This document shows positions 20,406 to 30,500 of a stretch of DNA of 64,000 nt, in pieces. Source of the stretch: an uncultured Acidimicrobiales bacterium. Lineage in GTDB: Bacteria; Actinomycetota; Acidimicrobiia; Acidimicrobiales; DATKAS01. The stretch is taken from the NCBI GenBank assembly GCA_963847855.1, contig CAWKBM010000007.1, forward strand, positions 85,079 through 149,078, written 5' to 3'. The notes under the pieces are model-generated. The model saw only the letters and a list, made by a program, of their open reading frames with translations, had not been told where the DNA came from and made no database searches. Position 1 is the stretch's first letter, and every line of letters starts with the position of its first letter. Position numbers and translations under genes: made by a program.

Positions 20406-21012
20406 CTAGCGCGCCTTGGCCGCCTCGAGCTCGAGATCGTTCACAACCGCGCGCAGCTCGCCGCGCCATGGCCGCCGGGCGCCCCTTCCGCATGCGAGCG
20501 CAGAACACGGTCGCGAGGGCCCGGTAGTTCCGGGCCTGCTTCTTCGGGCCTGCATTGAACCGATCCCACACCTGCGGACCGATCAGACGAGCGTCCTCCA
20601 ACGTCGACCGCGCGTTGTAGAGCTTGTCTGCGCAGGACACCAGCAGCGCGTCCGCGTGCGCACCGCGGAGGTGCTTCACGTACCGCTTCTTTCTCTTGCT
20701 CCACTTCTCCTTCTTCGACGGGTCGGTCGAGAGGCTGTCAGAGCACTCCCGCACGATCCGTGCGACCTTCTTGCCGAACTTCTTCCTGATCTCGTCGAGC
20801 CTGGCCTGACCGCCGTGGTCTTCGGCGACGTCGTGCAGGAACGCAGCCGCCACCTGCTCGTCGGTTCCGCCGTACTCGAGCACGAGGGACGCGACGCCCA
20901 AAACGTGCGCGAGGTAGGGGATCTGCGTCCCCTTGCGCAGGTCGCCGCGGTGATGGCTTGCGGCGTACTCGAACGCGTCGGTGAGGAGGATGTCGTTCCG
21001 GGCGCGAGCCAT
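20406..21012 (-). CDS. HD-domain hydrolase, SpoT/RelA-hydrolase-like (possible small alarmone hydrolase), apparent frameshift
   Basis: HHRGDLRKGTQIPYLAHVLGVA...AAFLHDVAEDHG. The natural-looking C-terminus GELRAVVNDLELEAAKAR-stop (stop at 20406-20408) is in another frame. The switch is around 20455-20505. Confidence 0.75.
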
Positions 21013-21021
21013 GCCAAACGT

Positions 21022-21405
21022 CTAGCCGCTGCGGGCGTCGAGCTCTGCGATGAGCTTCTTGGGAGCGACCACCCGATACGCGTCCTCCAGGATCATCTCC
21101 ATCTCGTCCCAGTCGAGGGCGACGTCGAGACGTACGCCCAGCCACCCGCGTCCTCCGACGTACGGAGGTTTGAAGAACCGCTCGGGCTCGGCATCGACGA
21201 GCTCGGACTGCACGCCGGGAGGCGCGGCGCACCAAAGGTGAGGGAACTGGTTCTGGTGATGACCGTCCTCCATCAGCGTCACGAACGTCGTCTTGCCGCG
21301 CACGAACCAGGTCGGCGATCCGTGGCTGAGCCGTTCGGTCACCTCGGGCAACGCCATGCAGATCTCCCTCACCTTCGCGAGGGGGTCGCTGCGCTTCGGG
21401 CTCAC
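21022..21405 (-). CDS. MmcQ/YjbR family DNA-binding protein
   Basis: VREICMALPEVTERLSHGSPTWFVRGKTTF pattern. Start taken at GTG 21405. Confidence 0.8.
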   Translation of the reverse strand: MSPKRSDPLAKVREICMALPEVTERLSHGSPTWFVRGKTTFVTLMEDGHHQNQFPHLWCAAPPGVQSELVDAEPERFFKPPYVGGRGWLGVRLDVALDWDEMEMILEDAYRVVAPKKLIAELDARSG

Positions 21406-21442
21406 CCGTCCATCATCGCCGAAGCGGACATAGGGTCGCCCC

Positions 21443-22225
21443 ATGGATCCGAACGGCAGAGTTGCAGTGGTCACCGGTGCGGCAGGGGGGATCGGCTCGG
21501 CGTTGGTGCGTGCGCTCGTCGGTGCCGGCGCGGCCACCGTCGTCGCGACCGACCTTGACGTGCCGCGCCACACGGCGGCCACGGTCGTCAACACCTCGCT
21601 CGATGTGACCGACGGAGAAGCGACCGAGCGGCTGGTGGCCGATGTCGAGTCGACGCACGGGCCGATCGGGTTGTGGTTCGCGAACGCGGGAGTCACCAGC
21701 GGCGGGGGTTTCGAGGCGCCCGACGCCGCGTGGGACCTGCAGTGGCAGGTCAACGTCATGGCCCACGTGCACGCGTCGCGAGCGCTCGTGCCCCGCTGGG
21801 TCGAACGTGGCGACGGCCACCTGATCACCACAGCCTCGATGGCGGGCATCCTGACCACGCTCGGCGACGGTGTGTACGCCGCGACGAAGCACGCCGCAGT
21901 CGGCTACGCCGAGTGGATGGCGATCACCTACGCCGACAGCGGCATCAAGGTCTCGTGCGTCTGCCCGGGAGCGGTCGACACCCCGATGCTGCGAGGCAGC
22001 CTCGGCGACCCCGAGAAGGCCGACGCAGTCATCGGGGGTGGCGGGGCGATCTCAGCCGATGACGCGGCAGCACGCGTGCTCGAGGGCGTGCGCGAGGACA
22101 GGTTCCTGATCCTCACGCATCCCGAGATGAAGGAGTTCATGACCCGCAAGACCGACGACACCGAGCGATGGATCCGGGGGATGAGCCGCATGTGGTTGCG
22201 GAGTCGCGACCTGCTCGGCGAGTAG
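21443..22225 (+). CDS. SDR family oxidoreductase
   Basis: VVTGAAGGIGSA cofactor motif and YAATKHA catalytic YxxxK. Confidence 0.9.
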   Translation: MDPNGRVAVVTGAAGGIGSALVRALVGAGAATVVATDLDVPRHTAATVVNTSLDVTDGEATERLVADVESTHGPIGLWFANAGVTSGGGFEAPDAAWDLQWQVNVMAHVHASRALVPRWVERGDGHLITTASMAGILTTLGDGVYAATKHAAVGYAEWMAITYADSGIKVSCVCPGAVDTPMLRGSLGDPEKADAVIGGGGAISADDAAARVLEGVREDRFLILTHPEMKEFMTRKTDDTERWIRGMSRMWLRSRDLLGE

Positions 22226-22235
22226 TCGCTTGTGG

Positions 22236-23007
22236 CTAGCCGAGCAGCTCGCGCACCCCGCGCGGAGAACCGTTCGGGTGCGACGAGGTGGAGGTAGTGA
22301 CCGTGGTCGGGCCAGTGCTCGACCTTCGCTTGCGGGATGCGCGCGCTCAGCCACTCTGCGTAATCGGGACCCGGATCGAGACCGTGCAGAGACAGGTACG
22401 GAGCGCTGACCGACGCTCCGATCATGTCCACGACGCCGTCGAGCTCGTCGTCGGTCGAGGCGAAGATCAGATCCCACACGCCGATCACCACGTCCTTGCG
22501 GGCCTGCCGCCGATGCGTCGCGAGCTCGGCGCGCAGATCGTCGTCCATCATCGGGCCGTTCATCGAGTCGAGCACGAGCTCGAAGGTCTGGTGGAAGTCG
22601 TTGCCGCGCAGGCTCGCCTCGAGCGGTCGCAGTGCGTCGGCGAATTCGCTCAGCCGCAAGCCCTGGTCGACGTTCACGACGGCGGTGACCGGGGCCGTCG
22701 CGGCGTAGGCCGACACGACGGCTCCACCGAGGGAGTGGCCGATCACCACCGGTGTGACGAGGTCCTCGGCCGCAACGACCGCAGCGACGTCAGCAGCCAT
22801 CGCGAGCGCGCCGTAGTCGGGCGCGTCGCCCGATTCGCCGTGACCCCGCAGGTCGAGCGCGATGCACCGGTGGTCGGACGACAACCGGTCGACGATCGGC
22901 GTCCAGTCGGCGCGGCTGTCGCTGAGACCGTGCACGAGCACGATCGGTGGTCCGTCGCCCCGCACGTCGTACGCGATCTCGACCCCGTCGTCTGTGGTGC
23001 AACGCAT
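22236..23007 (-). CDS. Alpha/beta hydrolase, apparent frameshift near the C-terminus
   Basis: VLVHGLSDS and the GHSLGG nucleophile elbow. The expected tail VRELLG-stop (22236-22238) is in another frame from about 22257. Confidence 0.8.
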
Positions 23008-23020
23008 CCTCGAGTGTTGC

Positions 23021-23539
23021 ATGCTCAGTCCGATGGGTGACTCGCGACCGCTCTTGCACTTCAGCGAGGATTCGTCGATCACGCGGTTCGTGCCCCACGT
23101 GCCCAGCACCAACCCCGACCACGCTCCCGCGGTGTGGGCGATCGACGCCGATCACGCTCCCGTTTACTGGTTCCCGCGTGATTGCCCTCGTGCGTCGGTG
23201 TGGGCGAACGACGACGAGCAGCTCGCGGTGCTCCGCGCTCGCTTTCAGACCACGGCCTCGCGCGTGCAGGCCACCGAGCTCGCATGGCTCGATCGCATGC
23301 GTCACGCCGAGCTGTACGTCTACGAGCTCGACCGTGGGGCGTTCGAGGAGTGGCCGGCCGCGGAGGGCCAGTGGATCTCGCACGCGGTCGTCGAGCCCAT
23401 CGCGGTGTGCGCGGTCGGTGACCTGCTCGAGCTGCACGCGTCCGCCGGGGTCGAGCTGCGCTTCGTGACCGACCTCACGCCGTTCTGGGCCGACGTCGTG
23501 TCGTCGGGCCTGCCGTTCTCTGGGGTGCGTCTCCGATAG
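23021..23539 (+). CDS. DUF6886-like hypothetical protein
   Basis: LLHFSEDSSITRFVPHV N-terminal pattern. Start at ATG 23021 or 23033. Confidence 0.6.
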   Translation: MLSPMGDSRPLLHFSEDSSITRFVPHVPSTNPDHAPAVWAIDADHAPVYWFPRDCPRASVWANDDEQLAVLRARFQTTASRVQATELAWLDRMRHAELYVYELDRGAFEEWPAAEGQWISHAVVEPIAVCAVGDLLELHASAGVELRFVTDLTPFWADVVSSGLPFSGVRLR

Positions 23540-23571
23540 TGCTCATGCCGCCGCGGTGGCACAGTGGAGTC

Positions 23572-24276
23572 ATGCCAGACGACGGAGAGCTGTCCGACAT
23601 CAACCCCTACGACCTCATGGAGTCGGAGGCGGCTCGCCTCGAGTTCTACTTTGGCTCGCTCCGAGGTGACGACTGGGACGAGCCCTCTGCGTGCGAGGGA
23701 TGGTCGGTCAAGGATGTGCTCGCTCACCTCGCAGGGGGCGAGGAGTACAACCGAGCGTGCCTGAACGGCAACGTCGGCCCGATGTTCGAGAGCTACGCGG
23801 CGCGGGGTGCGACCGACGTGCACTCGTTCAACGCCATCGGGGTGAGTGATCGGAAAGGCAAGACACCGGCAGAGCTGCTCGACGAATTTCAGCGTGAGAA
23901 CGGGGAGACCCGGACGAAGATCCGCGAGCGAGACGGCGAGCAGCTGTCCACGATGGCGGGTCCGTACCCGATGCGTTGGCAGGCGTGGCACCTCGCCTCA
24001 GAGCTCGCAACGCACGCCGATGACGTCGGAGTGCCCACCACGCACAAGCGAGAGCAAGAGACGCGTCGGGACTGGCGGGCGCGCTTCGCCCGGTTCGCGC
24101 TGGCCGAGTCGAAGCCTGACGTGGAGGTGCAGCGGCTCGACGACGGCACGCGGGTGCGGGCCAACGGCGTGGAGGCAACGCTGACCGACGACCAGCTCGT
24201 CGACGCTGCGAACGGGCGACTGCCGGACGACACCCCCGTCAGCCCGACGCTCCGCGAGGCTCTCGCCCTCGGCTAG
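23572..24276 (+). CDS. Maleylpyruvate isomerase family mycothiol-dependent enzyme (DinB-like)
   Basis: GWSVKDVLAHLAGGEEYN pattern of the TIGR03083-type N-terminal domain. Confidence 0.8.
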   Translation: MPDDGELSDINPYDLMESEAARLEFYFGSLRGDDWDEPSACEGWSVKDVLAHLAGGEEYNRACLNGNVGPMFESYAARGATDVHSFNAIGVSDRKGKTPAELLDEFQRENGETRTKIRERDGEQLSTMAGPYPMRWQAWHLASELATHADDVGVPTTHKREQETRRDWRARFARFALAESKPDVEVQRLDDGTRVRANGVEATLTDDQLVDAANGRLPDDTPVSPTLREALALG

Positions 24277-24410
24277 ACATCGCTGCTGGTGGGACCGAGC
24301 ACGACCCGGGTTGGCGCGGTACGTGGCACGCGCTCGTTCCCTGGCTCCCAGCGGCCAGGCGCGGCCCTCGGACCGCCCTCCTCCAACTTCGGACGATCTT
24401 CGTTGCGTTC

Positions 24411-24821
24411 GTGGTAGCTCTCCTCCTCTTCGGCTTCGTCGTCCTCCAGCGGGGGACCGACGCCTCGGCTGAGTCGTCGACGGCGGCGATCGCCATCGTC
24501 GTCGTGCTGGGGATCGCAGCAGCCGTCGGGTCGCGCTTCCTCGAGCGTCCGCTGGACTGTGCGGACGAGATCGCCTTGGTGAGGAGCTACTCCACGCGGT
24601 TCTTCGTGCGCATCGGTGGTGGTGAGGTAGCCGCGCTCGCCGGCTTCGTCGCGGCGATGGCCCTGAAGAGTCCAGTCGTGTACCTCGCTGGACTCGCCGT
24701 CACATTCGTTGCGTGGTGGCGCGCCGCGCCGACAGCGCGTCATCTCGCGGGCGACCAGGAGTCTCTGAACCGAGAGGGTTGTGGCCGTTCGCTATTGGCC
24801 GCTCTCACCGCGACCCGTTAG
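24411..24821 (+). CDS. Hypothetical membrane protein
   Basis: Three or four hydrophobic helices. The start is uncertain. Confidence 0.4.
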   Translation: MVALLLFGFVVLQRGTDASAESSTAAIAIVVVLGIAAAVGSRFLERPLDCADEIALVRSYSTRFFVRIGGGEVAALAGFVAAMALKSPVVYLAGLAVTFVAWWRAAPTARHLAGDQESLNREGCGRSLLAALTATR

Positions 24822-25252
24822 TCGGCGATGTTGACGTTGGCGACGACCTTGGTTGGCGTGACCCGCACGACCATCTCTGGCGACACCGCGTTGCGGCGCC
24901 CGAGCTCGTCGGCGAGATCGTCGCCCATGTAGCGGCCAGCGATCCGTGTCGCCCAGTACAACATCTCGTCGGGATCGATCGAGATGCGAGCTCGACCGCT
25001 GATCGTCACGAAGCTGAACGGGGGTCGTTCGTCGTCGACACAGATGCTCACGCGCGGGTCGCGCAAGATCGCCTTGCCCTTGAGGGTCTCCGCGCCGGTC
25101 ATGAGCATCACGTCGTCACCGTCGAGATCGATCCACACCGGAGCGACGTGGGGGCTGCCGTCGGCCCTGACGACTGCGAGCTTCGCAGTGTGGGCGGGCA
25201 GCGCGGAGAGGAACTCCCGCCACCAGCCCTCGGGTGCGGGTGTGTACGGCAT
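24818..25252 (-). CDS. PPOX-class F420/FMN-binding split-barrel protein
   Basis: AKLAVVRADGSPHVAPVWIDLDGDDVMLMTG pattern. Confidence 0.85.
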   Translation of the reverse strand: MPYTPAPEGWWREFLSALPAHTAKLAVVRADGSPHVAPVWIDLDGDDVMLMTGAETLKGKAILRDPRVSICVDDERPPFSFVTISGRARISIDPDEMLYWATRIAGRYMGDDLADELGRRNAVSPEMVVRVTPTKVVANVNIAD

Positions 25253-25255
25253 CGA

Positions 25256-25492
25256 TCACTCCTCGTCGTCGGGCTTGCGCCTCGCGGGCTCGCTCTCGAT
25301 CAACCGCCGGAACTGCTCCCAGTTGTACCGGTGGAAGTACTTCTTCGAGTTCTTCGGCCACCAGTCGACGCCGCCCTTCGACAGGTGCAGCTCGCCGAGC
25401 TTGCCCTCCTCGTCGCTTGACACGACGAAGACGACGTCGACCTTGCTCACGAGCCGCGCCGTCTGCTGCATCTCGATGTTGTGCCTCGCCAT
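25256..25492 (-). CDS. Small hypothetical protein
   Basis: ORF MARHNIEMQQTARLVSKVDVVFVV...WWPKNSKKYFHRYNWEQF. Good GC3, no known motif. Confidence 0.4.
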   Translation of the reverse strand: MARHNIEMQQTARLVSKVDVVFVVSSDEEGKLGELHLSKGGVDWWPKNSKKYFHRYNWEQFRRLIESEPARRKPDDEE

Positions 25493-25590
25493 CGGCGCAC
25501 CGTACGCCCTCGCCTCCTCAGGTTCTCGCGGATAAGCGGCCACGGATGGCCGGTTATCCGGACCGGAACGCTTGGGGTGTCGCGCGGGCG

Positions 25591-26835
25591 TCAGCGAGAC
25601 GTGTTGCGAGGTACGTCCCGGAACGGGATGTCGCGGTCAACGCTGGGCTCTCGGGGCAGGCCGAGCACCTGCTCGCCGATGATGTTCCGCTGGATCTGGT
25701 CGGTGCCGCCCACGATCGACACCGCGGGCACCGAGACGAGCACCTCGGCCACGATGCCGTCGAGCACGCCGTCGTCGTAGTCGAGCATGCCGGACGCGCC
25801 GCCGATCAGTGCGTGGGCCAGCGCGGCGCCGCGCGCGACGTCACTTGCCGCGAGCTTGCCGAGCGATCCTTCCGCGCCGGGTGGCCGGCCGAGTGCACGT
25901 TGCGCTTGGGCGTGTTGCGCAGTCCATTGGTTGGCGCGGACGAGGGCGGTCTCGCGAGCGATCGCCTGACGCACCATCGGATCGTCGAGCCGTTCGGCCA
26001 CGCGAGCGGCATCGATCAACAGGTCGGCGCGGCCGGCGCGCTGCGGGTACCACGAGTACGTCGAGAAGTACTCGTCCGCCTCGGCAGCGGCTTCGCGCAC
26101 GGCTCGGCCGTCGACCTTCGGCAGGCGGGGCCGGAACATGCCCGCGAACCGCCTCTCGTGGGCGAGCGTGGTGAGCGCCGCACGCCATCCCTCGCCGGGC
26201 TCGCCCACCATCATGTCGACCGGCACCCGAGCGTCGGTCAGGAACACCTCGTTGAACGACGCGTGCCGGTTCATCTGACGCAGAGGGCGCACCTCGACGC
26301 CGGGCTGGTGCATCGGGAGTGCGAAGTAGCTGATGCCCTTGTGCTTCGGGACGTCCCAATCGGTGCGAGCGAGGAGCATGCCGTACTCCGCGTGGTGCGC
26401 CGACGTGTTCCACACCTTCTGCCCGTTGATCACCCACTCGTCGCCGTCGCGATCGGCGCGGGTCGTGAGACCGGCGAGATCGGAACCGCTGCCCGGCTCG
26501 CTGAACAGCTGGCACCACATGTGCTCGCCCGTGAGGATCGGATGCAGGAGCCTGCGCCGGAGTGCGTCGGGACCATGAGCGAGGATTGTGGGCGCGGCGA
26601 GCCCCAGCCCTCCACCGACCGGAGCGCCCACCGCGCCGGCGTCGGCGATCTCGTCATGCGCGATCGAGTCGGCCCAGGCGGGGAGTCCTTTGCCGAACCA
26701 CTCCTCGGGCCACGAGGGGCAAGCCCAACCCGAATCGGCGAGTCGCGTGCGCCACTCGACGAGCGCGAGATCGGGGTCCCAATGAGAGGCGAGCCAGTCG
26801 CGCACTTCACTCCGGACGTCCTCGGGCTCGGCCAT
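25591..26835 (-). CDS. Acyl-CoA dehydrogenase family protein
   Basis: CQLFSEPGSGSDLAGL, WVINGQKVWNT, and C-terminal GGTDQIQRNIIGE. Confidence 0.9.
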   Translation of the reverse strand: MAEPEDVRSEVRDWLASHWDPDLALVEWRTRLADSGWACPSWPEEWFGKGLPAWADSIAHDEIADAGAVGAPVGGGLGLAAPTILAHGPDALRRRLLHPILTGEHMWCQLFSEPGSGSDLAGLTTRADRDGDEWVINGQKVWNTSAHHAEYGMLLARTDWDVPKHKGISYFALPMHQPGVEVRPLRQMNRHASFNEVFLTDARVPVDMMVGEPGEGWRAALTTLAHERRFAGMFRPRLPKVDGRAVREAAAEADEYFSTYSWYPQRAGRADLLIDAARVAERLDDPMVRQAIARETALVRANQWTAQHAQAQRALGRPPGAEGSLGKLAASDVARGAALAHALIGGASGMLDYDDGVLDGIVAEVLVSVPAVSIVGGTDQIQRNIIGEQVLGLPREPSVDRDIPFRDVPRNTSR

Positions 26836-26871
26836 CGCCTCGAACGTACGCGGTAGCGTTGCCCGCCTGCA

Positions 26872-26885
26872 GGAAATCGTTTTCC
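26872..26885. promoter_or_regulatory. Putative LacI-family operator GGAAATCGTTTTCC
   Basis: 12/14 palindrome located 23 nt upstream of the phyH-1 ATG. Near-identical to the perfect palindrome at 31533-31546 beside lacI. Confidence 0.5.
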
Positions 26886-26907
26886 GAGTGCGAATCCGGG
26901 GGGAGCG

Positions 26908-27687
26908 ATGGACGCTGAGGAGCGTCGCCAGTACGACGAGGAGGGCTACGTCGTCCGTGAGGCGGTGTTCTCGTCGGCCGAGATCGCGGCGATGGTCGAC
27001 GCGTGCGAGACGTTGGTCGCGGACCTCGTGCGTGACCGCCAAGGTCGACGCATCCACGCGGGCAGCTATGTGTTCGACCCCGACCTGACTCGCCAGACGA
27101 TGATCAAGTGGGAGGGCGACACCGACGTCGTCCACGGCATCGAGCCGTTCGCGCACCTGAGCCCACCGCTCGCCGACTGGGCGCACGATCCTCGGTTTCT
27201 CGAGCTCGCGGCCGACGTGCTCGGCACCGAACCCATGCTCTTCACCGAGAAGCTGAACCTGAAGCGCCCTCATCACGGCGGCGTGAACCCGATGCACCAG
27301 GACCACCCGTATTGGGTCGGCACCGCGGACGACGCCGACCGCGTGATGACGATCATGCTGATGCTCGACGACGCGACGCTCGCGAACGGGTGCCTGCACG
27401 TCGTGCCCGGCAGCCATGGATCAGGTGAGTGGTCGAAGCGCAGCGACACGGATGTGTTCGGGCAGAACGAGATCGACTCGAAGGCCTACACCGACGCCGA
27501 GCTCGTCCCTCTCGAGCTGAAGGCGGGCTCCTTCGTCGCGTTCGGCCCGTTCCTCGTCCACCAGTCGGCGCCGAACACCTCCGACGCCGAGCGTCGCGCG
27601 CTGCTCTTCAGCTATCAGCCCGAGGGCCTGACGCACATCCGCGACACCTTCCCGAAGCCGAGGCCGAAGTCGGCGGAACCGGCATGA
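26908..27687 (+). CDS. Phytanoyl-CoA dioxygenase (PhyH) family Fe(II)/2OG oxygenase, paralog 1
   Basis: YDEEGYVV N-terminus, PMHQDHPYW (HxD), and CLHVVPGSH. Confidence 0.9.
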   Translation: MDAEERRQYDEEGYVVREAVFSSAEIAAMVDACETLVADLVRDRQGRRIHAGSYVFDPDLTRQTMIKWEGDTDVVHGIEPFAHLSPPLADWAHDPRFLELAADVLGTEPMLFTEKLNLKRPHHGGVNPMHQDHPYWVGTADDADRVMTIMLMLDDATLANGCLHVVPGSHGSGEWSKRSDTDVFGQNEIDSKAYTDAELVPLELKAGSFVAFGPFLVHQSAPNTSDAERRALLFSYQPEGLTHIRDTFPKPRPKSAEPA

Positions 27688-28496
27688 CCGACGAGCTACC
27701 TCCGCTGCCGACCGTCGAGCTCGAGCTCGTCCCGACATCCGAGGACGTCGCGTTCTTCGAGCGCAACGGCTACGTGTCCGTGCCGCGCATCACCACTGAC
27801 GAAGAGGTCGAGTGGCTCGCGACCGTCTACGACCTGTTCTTCGACGAGAAGGTCGGCGGGTTCAAAGGCGGCTACTTCGATCTTGCTCGTTCGTACGACG
27901 CGGACGGTGACGACCTGCTTCCCCAGGTCCTCGCGCCCGAGCACCGATTTCCTCACCTGCGCGACACGGTGTACTTCCGCAACGCCCGTCGCATGGCGTC
28001 GGCGTTGCTCGGCGTCGACGAAGCCGCGCTTCACGGCTGGGGCCACATGATCTTGAAGCCCGCGCACCGAGGCCACGAGACGCCGTGGCATCAAGACGAG
28101 GCCTACTGGACGGCGGACCACTCCTACGCCGCGGTCGGTGCGTGGATGCCCCTCGACGATGCCTCCCTCGAGAGCGGGTGCCTCCACTTCGTCCCCGGTT
28201 CACACCTCGGGCCGGTGCTGTCGCACCACCACATCGGCCACGACCCCTCCGTGCACGGACTCGAGGCCGACGCTCCGGACACCACGAATGCCGTGGCCGT
28301 GCCCATCCCGGCGGGCGCGGCGACGTTCCACCATCCTCGGATGATTCACTACGCGGGCCCGAACACGACGGCGCAGCAGCGTCGTGCGTACGCGAACGAG
28401 TTCCAGTTGGCGCCGGTGCCCGCCGACGGAATCGACGAGCGGCCGTGGATCGCGGAAGGCCGCGAGGCCTGGGAAGCGCGCACGATCGACCGATGA
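27684..28496 (+). CDS. PhyH family dioxygenase, paralog 2
   Basis: FFERNGYVSV, TPWHQDEAYW, CLHFVPGSH. Its ATG overlaps the upstream TGA (ATGA). Confidence 0.9.
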   Translation: MTDELPPLPTVELELVPTSEDVAFFERNGYVSVPRITTDEEVEWLATVYDLFFDEKVGGFKGGYFDLARSYDADGDDLLPQVLAPEHRFPHLRDTVYFRNARRMASALLGVDEAALHGWGHMILKPAHRGHETPWHQDEAYWTADHSYAAVGAWMPLDDASLESGCLHFVPGSHLGPVLSHHHIGHDPSVHGLEADAPDTTNAVAVPIPAGAATFHHPRMIHYAGPNTTAQQRRAYANEFQLAPVPADGIDERPWIAEGREAWEARTIDR

Positions 28497-29662
28497 ACCT
28501 CGAGAATCCCGCCTACATCGATCCGTCGCTGGACAGCCGCGCGGTCACGTTCGAGAACCCGACCGGGGCGCGTGGCGGGGGCGGCACCGCGCACGGCGGA
28601 CGCAAGGGCGCGCCGAACATGCGGATGCGGGCTGGCGAGTCGGTCATCCTCGCAGACATCGACGGTCCGGGGACGATCCGCCACATCTGGATGACGATCC
28701 CGCCGGCGCCTCCTGAGGTCATGCGGTCGCTCTGGATCGAGGTGTTCTACGACGGCCTCGAGGTGCCGAGCGTGTCGGTGCCGTTTGTCGACTTCTTCGG
28801 GCTGCCCCACGGACGCCCGGTCGAGTACGCGTCGGCATTGACGAGCGCGCAGGAGGGCCGGGGCTTCAACACGTACGTGCCAATGCCGTTCGGCGATCAC
28901 GTGCGGATCGTCGCGACGAACGGCGGATCACGCTCGATGATCCTCTACTACCAAGTCGATCTGACGCTCGGTCCCGTCGACGAGGACGCCGGGTACCTGC
29001 ATGTCGGGTTCCGCCGGCAGAACCCGACGGTGCAGAAGCAGGACTTCGTGATCGTCGACGGCCTCGAGGGGCCCGGCCGATTCGTCGGGTGCGCGATCGG
29101 CGTGCGCGTCATCGACTCCGGTGACTGGTACGGCGAGGGTGAGCTGAAAGTCTTCCGCGACGGCGACACTTCCTTGCCCACGATCTGCGGCACGGGGCTC
29201 GAGGACTACGTCGGCACCGCGTGGGGGATGGGCGCGCACAGCGCGCCGTACGGAGGCGCGCCGCTCAGCATCGGTCCCGAACGTCCCGACCAACCGGAGT
29301 TCGTGTCGTTCTACCGATGGCACGTCCTCGACCCGATCATGTTCACGTCCGACTTGAAGGTCACGATCCAGCAGATCGGCGCCAAGTTCTTCCCGATCGG
29401 TGGTGAGGCCCAGCTGTCGGAGTACGAGACGACGCACCCGGTCGCCGGTGAAGGCTGGCAGTACGACGCGAAGGGTCGCTACCTCGCGTGGGGCATCGCC
29501 GAGCGCGTCGACGACTACTGCGCAGTGTCGTTCGTGTACTGCCGCCGGCCCCAGGGTGTGCCGCGGCTCGATCTCGCCGAAGCGCTGGCCGACATCGAGC
29601 GCCGCCCGTGGGAGACCGCCCATCCGATGGAAGCCGTCTCCGCCGTGATCGGCACCCCCTGA
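28493..29662 (+). CDS. DUF2961 / glycoside hydrolase family 172-like protein
   Basis: GPGTIRHIWMT, FVDFFG, and GEGELKVFRDGD...GTGLEDY patterns. Its ATG overlaps the upstream TGA. Confidence 0.85.
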   Translation: MNLENPAYIDPSLDSRAVTFENPTGARGGGGTAHGGRKGAPNMRMRAGESVILADIDGPGTIRHIWMTIPPAPPEVMRSLWIEVFYDGLEVPSVSVPFVDFFGLPHGRPVEYASALTSAQEGRGFNTYVPMPFGDHVRIVATNGGSRSMILYYQVDLTLGPVDEDAGYLHVGFRRQNPTVQKQDFVIVDGLEGPGRFVGCAIGVRVIDSGDWYGEGELKVFRDGDTSLPTICGTGLEDYVGTAWGMGAHSAPYGGAPLSIGPERPDQPEFVSFYRWHVLDPIMFTSDLKVTIQQIGAKFFPIGGEAQLSEYETTHPVAGEGWQYDAKGRYLAWGIAERVDDYCAVSFVYCRRPQGVPRLDLAEALADIERRPWETAHPMEAVSAVIGTP

Positions 29663-29672
29663 GCCGCTTTTC

Positions 29673-29709
29673 TTGGTGTTTCTCACTCTCGGCGAGTGAG
29701 AAACACCAA
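29673..29709. terminator. Bidirectional intrinsic terminator hairpin
   Basis: Perfect 14-bp stem TTGGTGTTTCTCAC/GTGAGAAACACCAA with a 9-nt loop. It is flanked by T-rich and A-rich tracts and lies between convergent genes. Confidence 0.8.
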
Positions 29710-29720
29710 AGGAAACGGCG

Positions 29721-30500
29721 TCAGCGGGTGGGCGGGACGGTGCGTTCGCCGGTGATCTGGTTGACGTAGACCTTCCAAGGGAAGTGGTCGCCTTCGCCCG
29801 GAGCGCCGGTGGCGCGCAGGTGCTGCGTCAGGATCTTGCGCCACGCATCGGTGGAGTTCGCGGTCGTCATGTGCGGCGTCTTCGAGTGGTGGAACGTCAC
29901 GCTGCCGCGGCTGATCGGGCAAGCGACCGCCCGCGACTCGTCGGGCTCGCAGCACAACAGGTCGCTCTGCACGTCGTCGGGCTGGCGGTGCGTGAGCACA
30001 CCGTCGCGTTGGCCCCCGTCGATGAAGTGCATGCAGCCGTTGCGCTCGTCGACGTCGTGGAAGGGCATCCAGCAGGTGATGCCCAGATCGTCGAGGTTGC
30101 GTCCCCAGTACCCCTCGTCCTGGTGCCACAACGTCGCGGCGCCCTTCATCGGCGGCTTGGCCAGGAACTGGTCGTACCAGAACTCGAGTGGGAAGCCCAT
30201 CAGGGCGGACCCGTATTCGACCGCCCACGCGCGGAACGGTGCATCCTTCACCGCCTCCGGCCAGAGCATCGTCGGGCTCGACTGCAGGATCTTGAACTCG
30301 CGCTCGTCGCGCGTCTTGTCCTTCTCCCACGCCCAGTCGAACGCGAGGGTCTCCTTGCGCTCGATGATCCGGTCGCAGAGGGAGGTGAGCGCATCGAGCT
30401 CGCCGGGATCGATCACGTCGCGCACGACGATGTAGCCGTGCGTGCGAAAGAAGTCGATGTCCTCTGCGGTCGCGGGACGGTACGTGGTGGACGCGGTCAT
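29721..30500 (-). CDS. PhyH family dioxygenase, paralog 3
   Basis: FFRTHGYIVV, TLWHQDEGYW, CMHFIDGG. Its ATG overlaps the lacI stop (ATGA at 30497-30500). Confidence 0.9.
   Translation of the reverse strand: MTASTTYRPATAEDIDFFRTHGYIVVRDVIDPGELDALTSLCDRIIERKETLAFDWAWEKDKTRDEREFKILQSSPTMLWPEAVKDAPFRAWAVEYGSALMGFPLEFWYDQFLAKPPMKGAATLWHQDEGYWGRNLDDLGITCWMPFHDVDERNGCMHFIDGGQRDGVLTHRQPDDVQSDLLCCEPDESRAVACPISRGSVTFHHSKTPHMTTANSTDAWRKILTQHLRATGAPGEGDHFPWKVYVNQITGERTVPPTR

Noticed and set aside
25234-26856. 540-aa plus-strand ORF
   Set aside because: Antisense to the acyl-CoA dehydrogenase gene, with an Arg/Ala/Pro-rich composition and no motifs.
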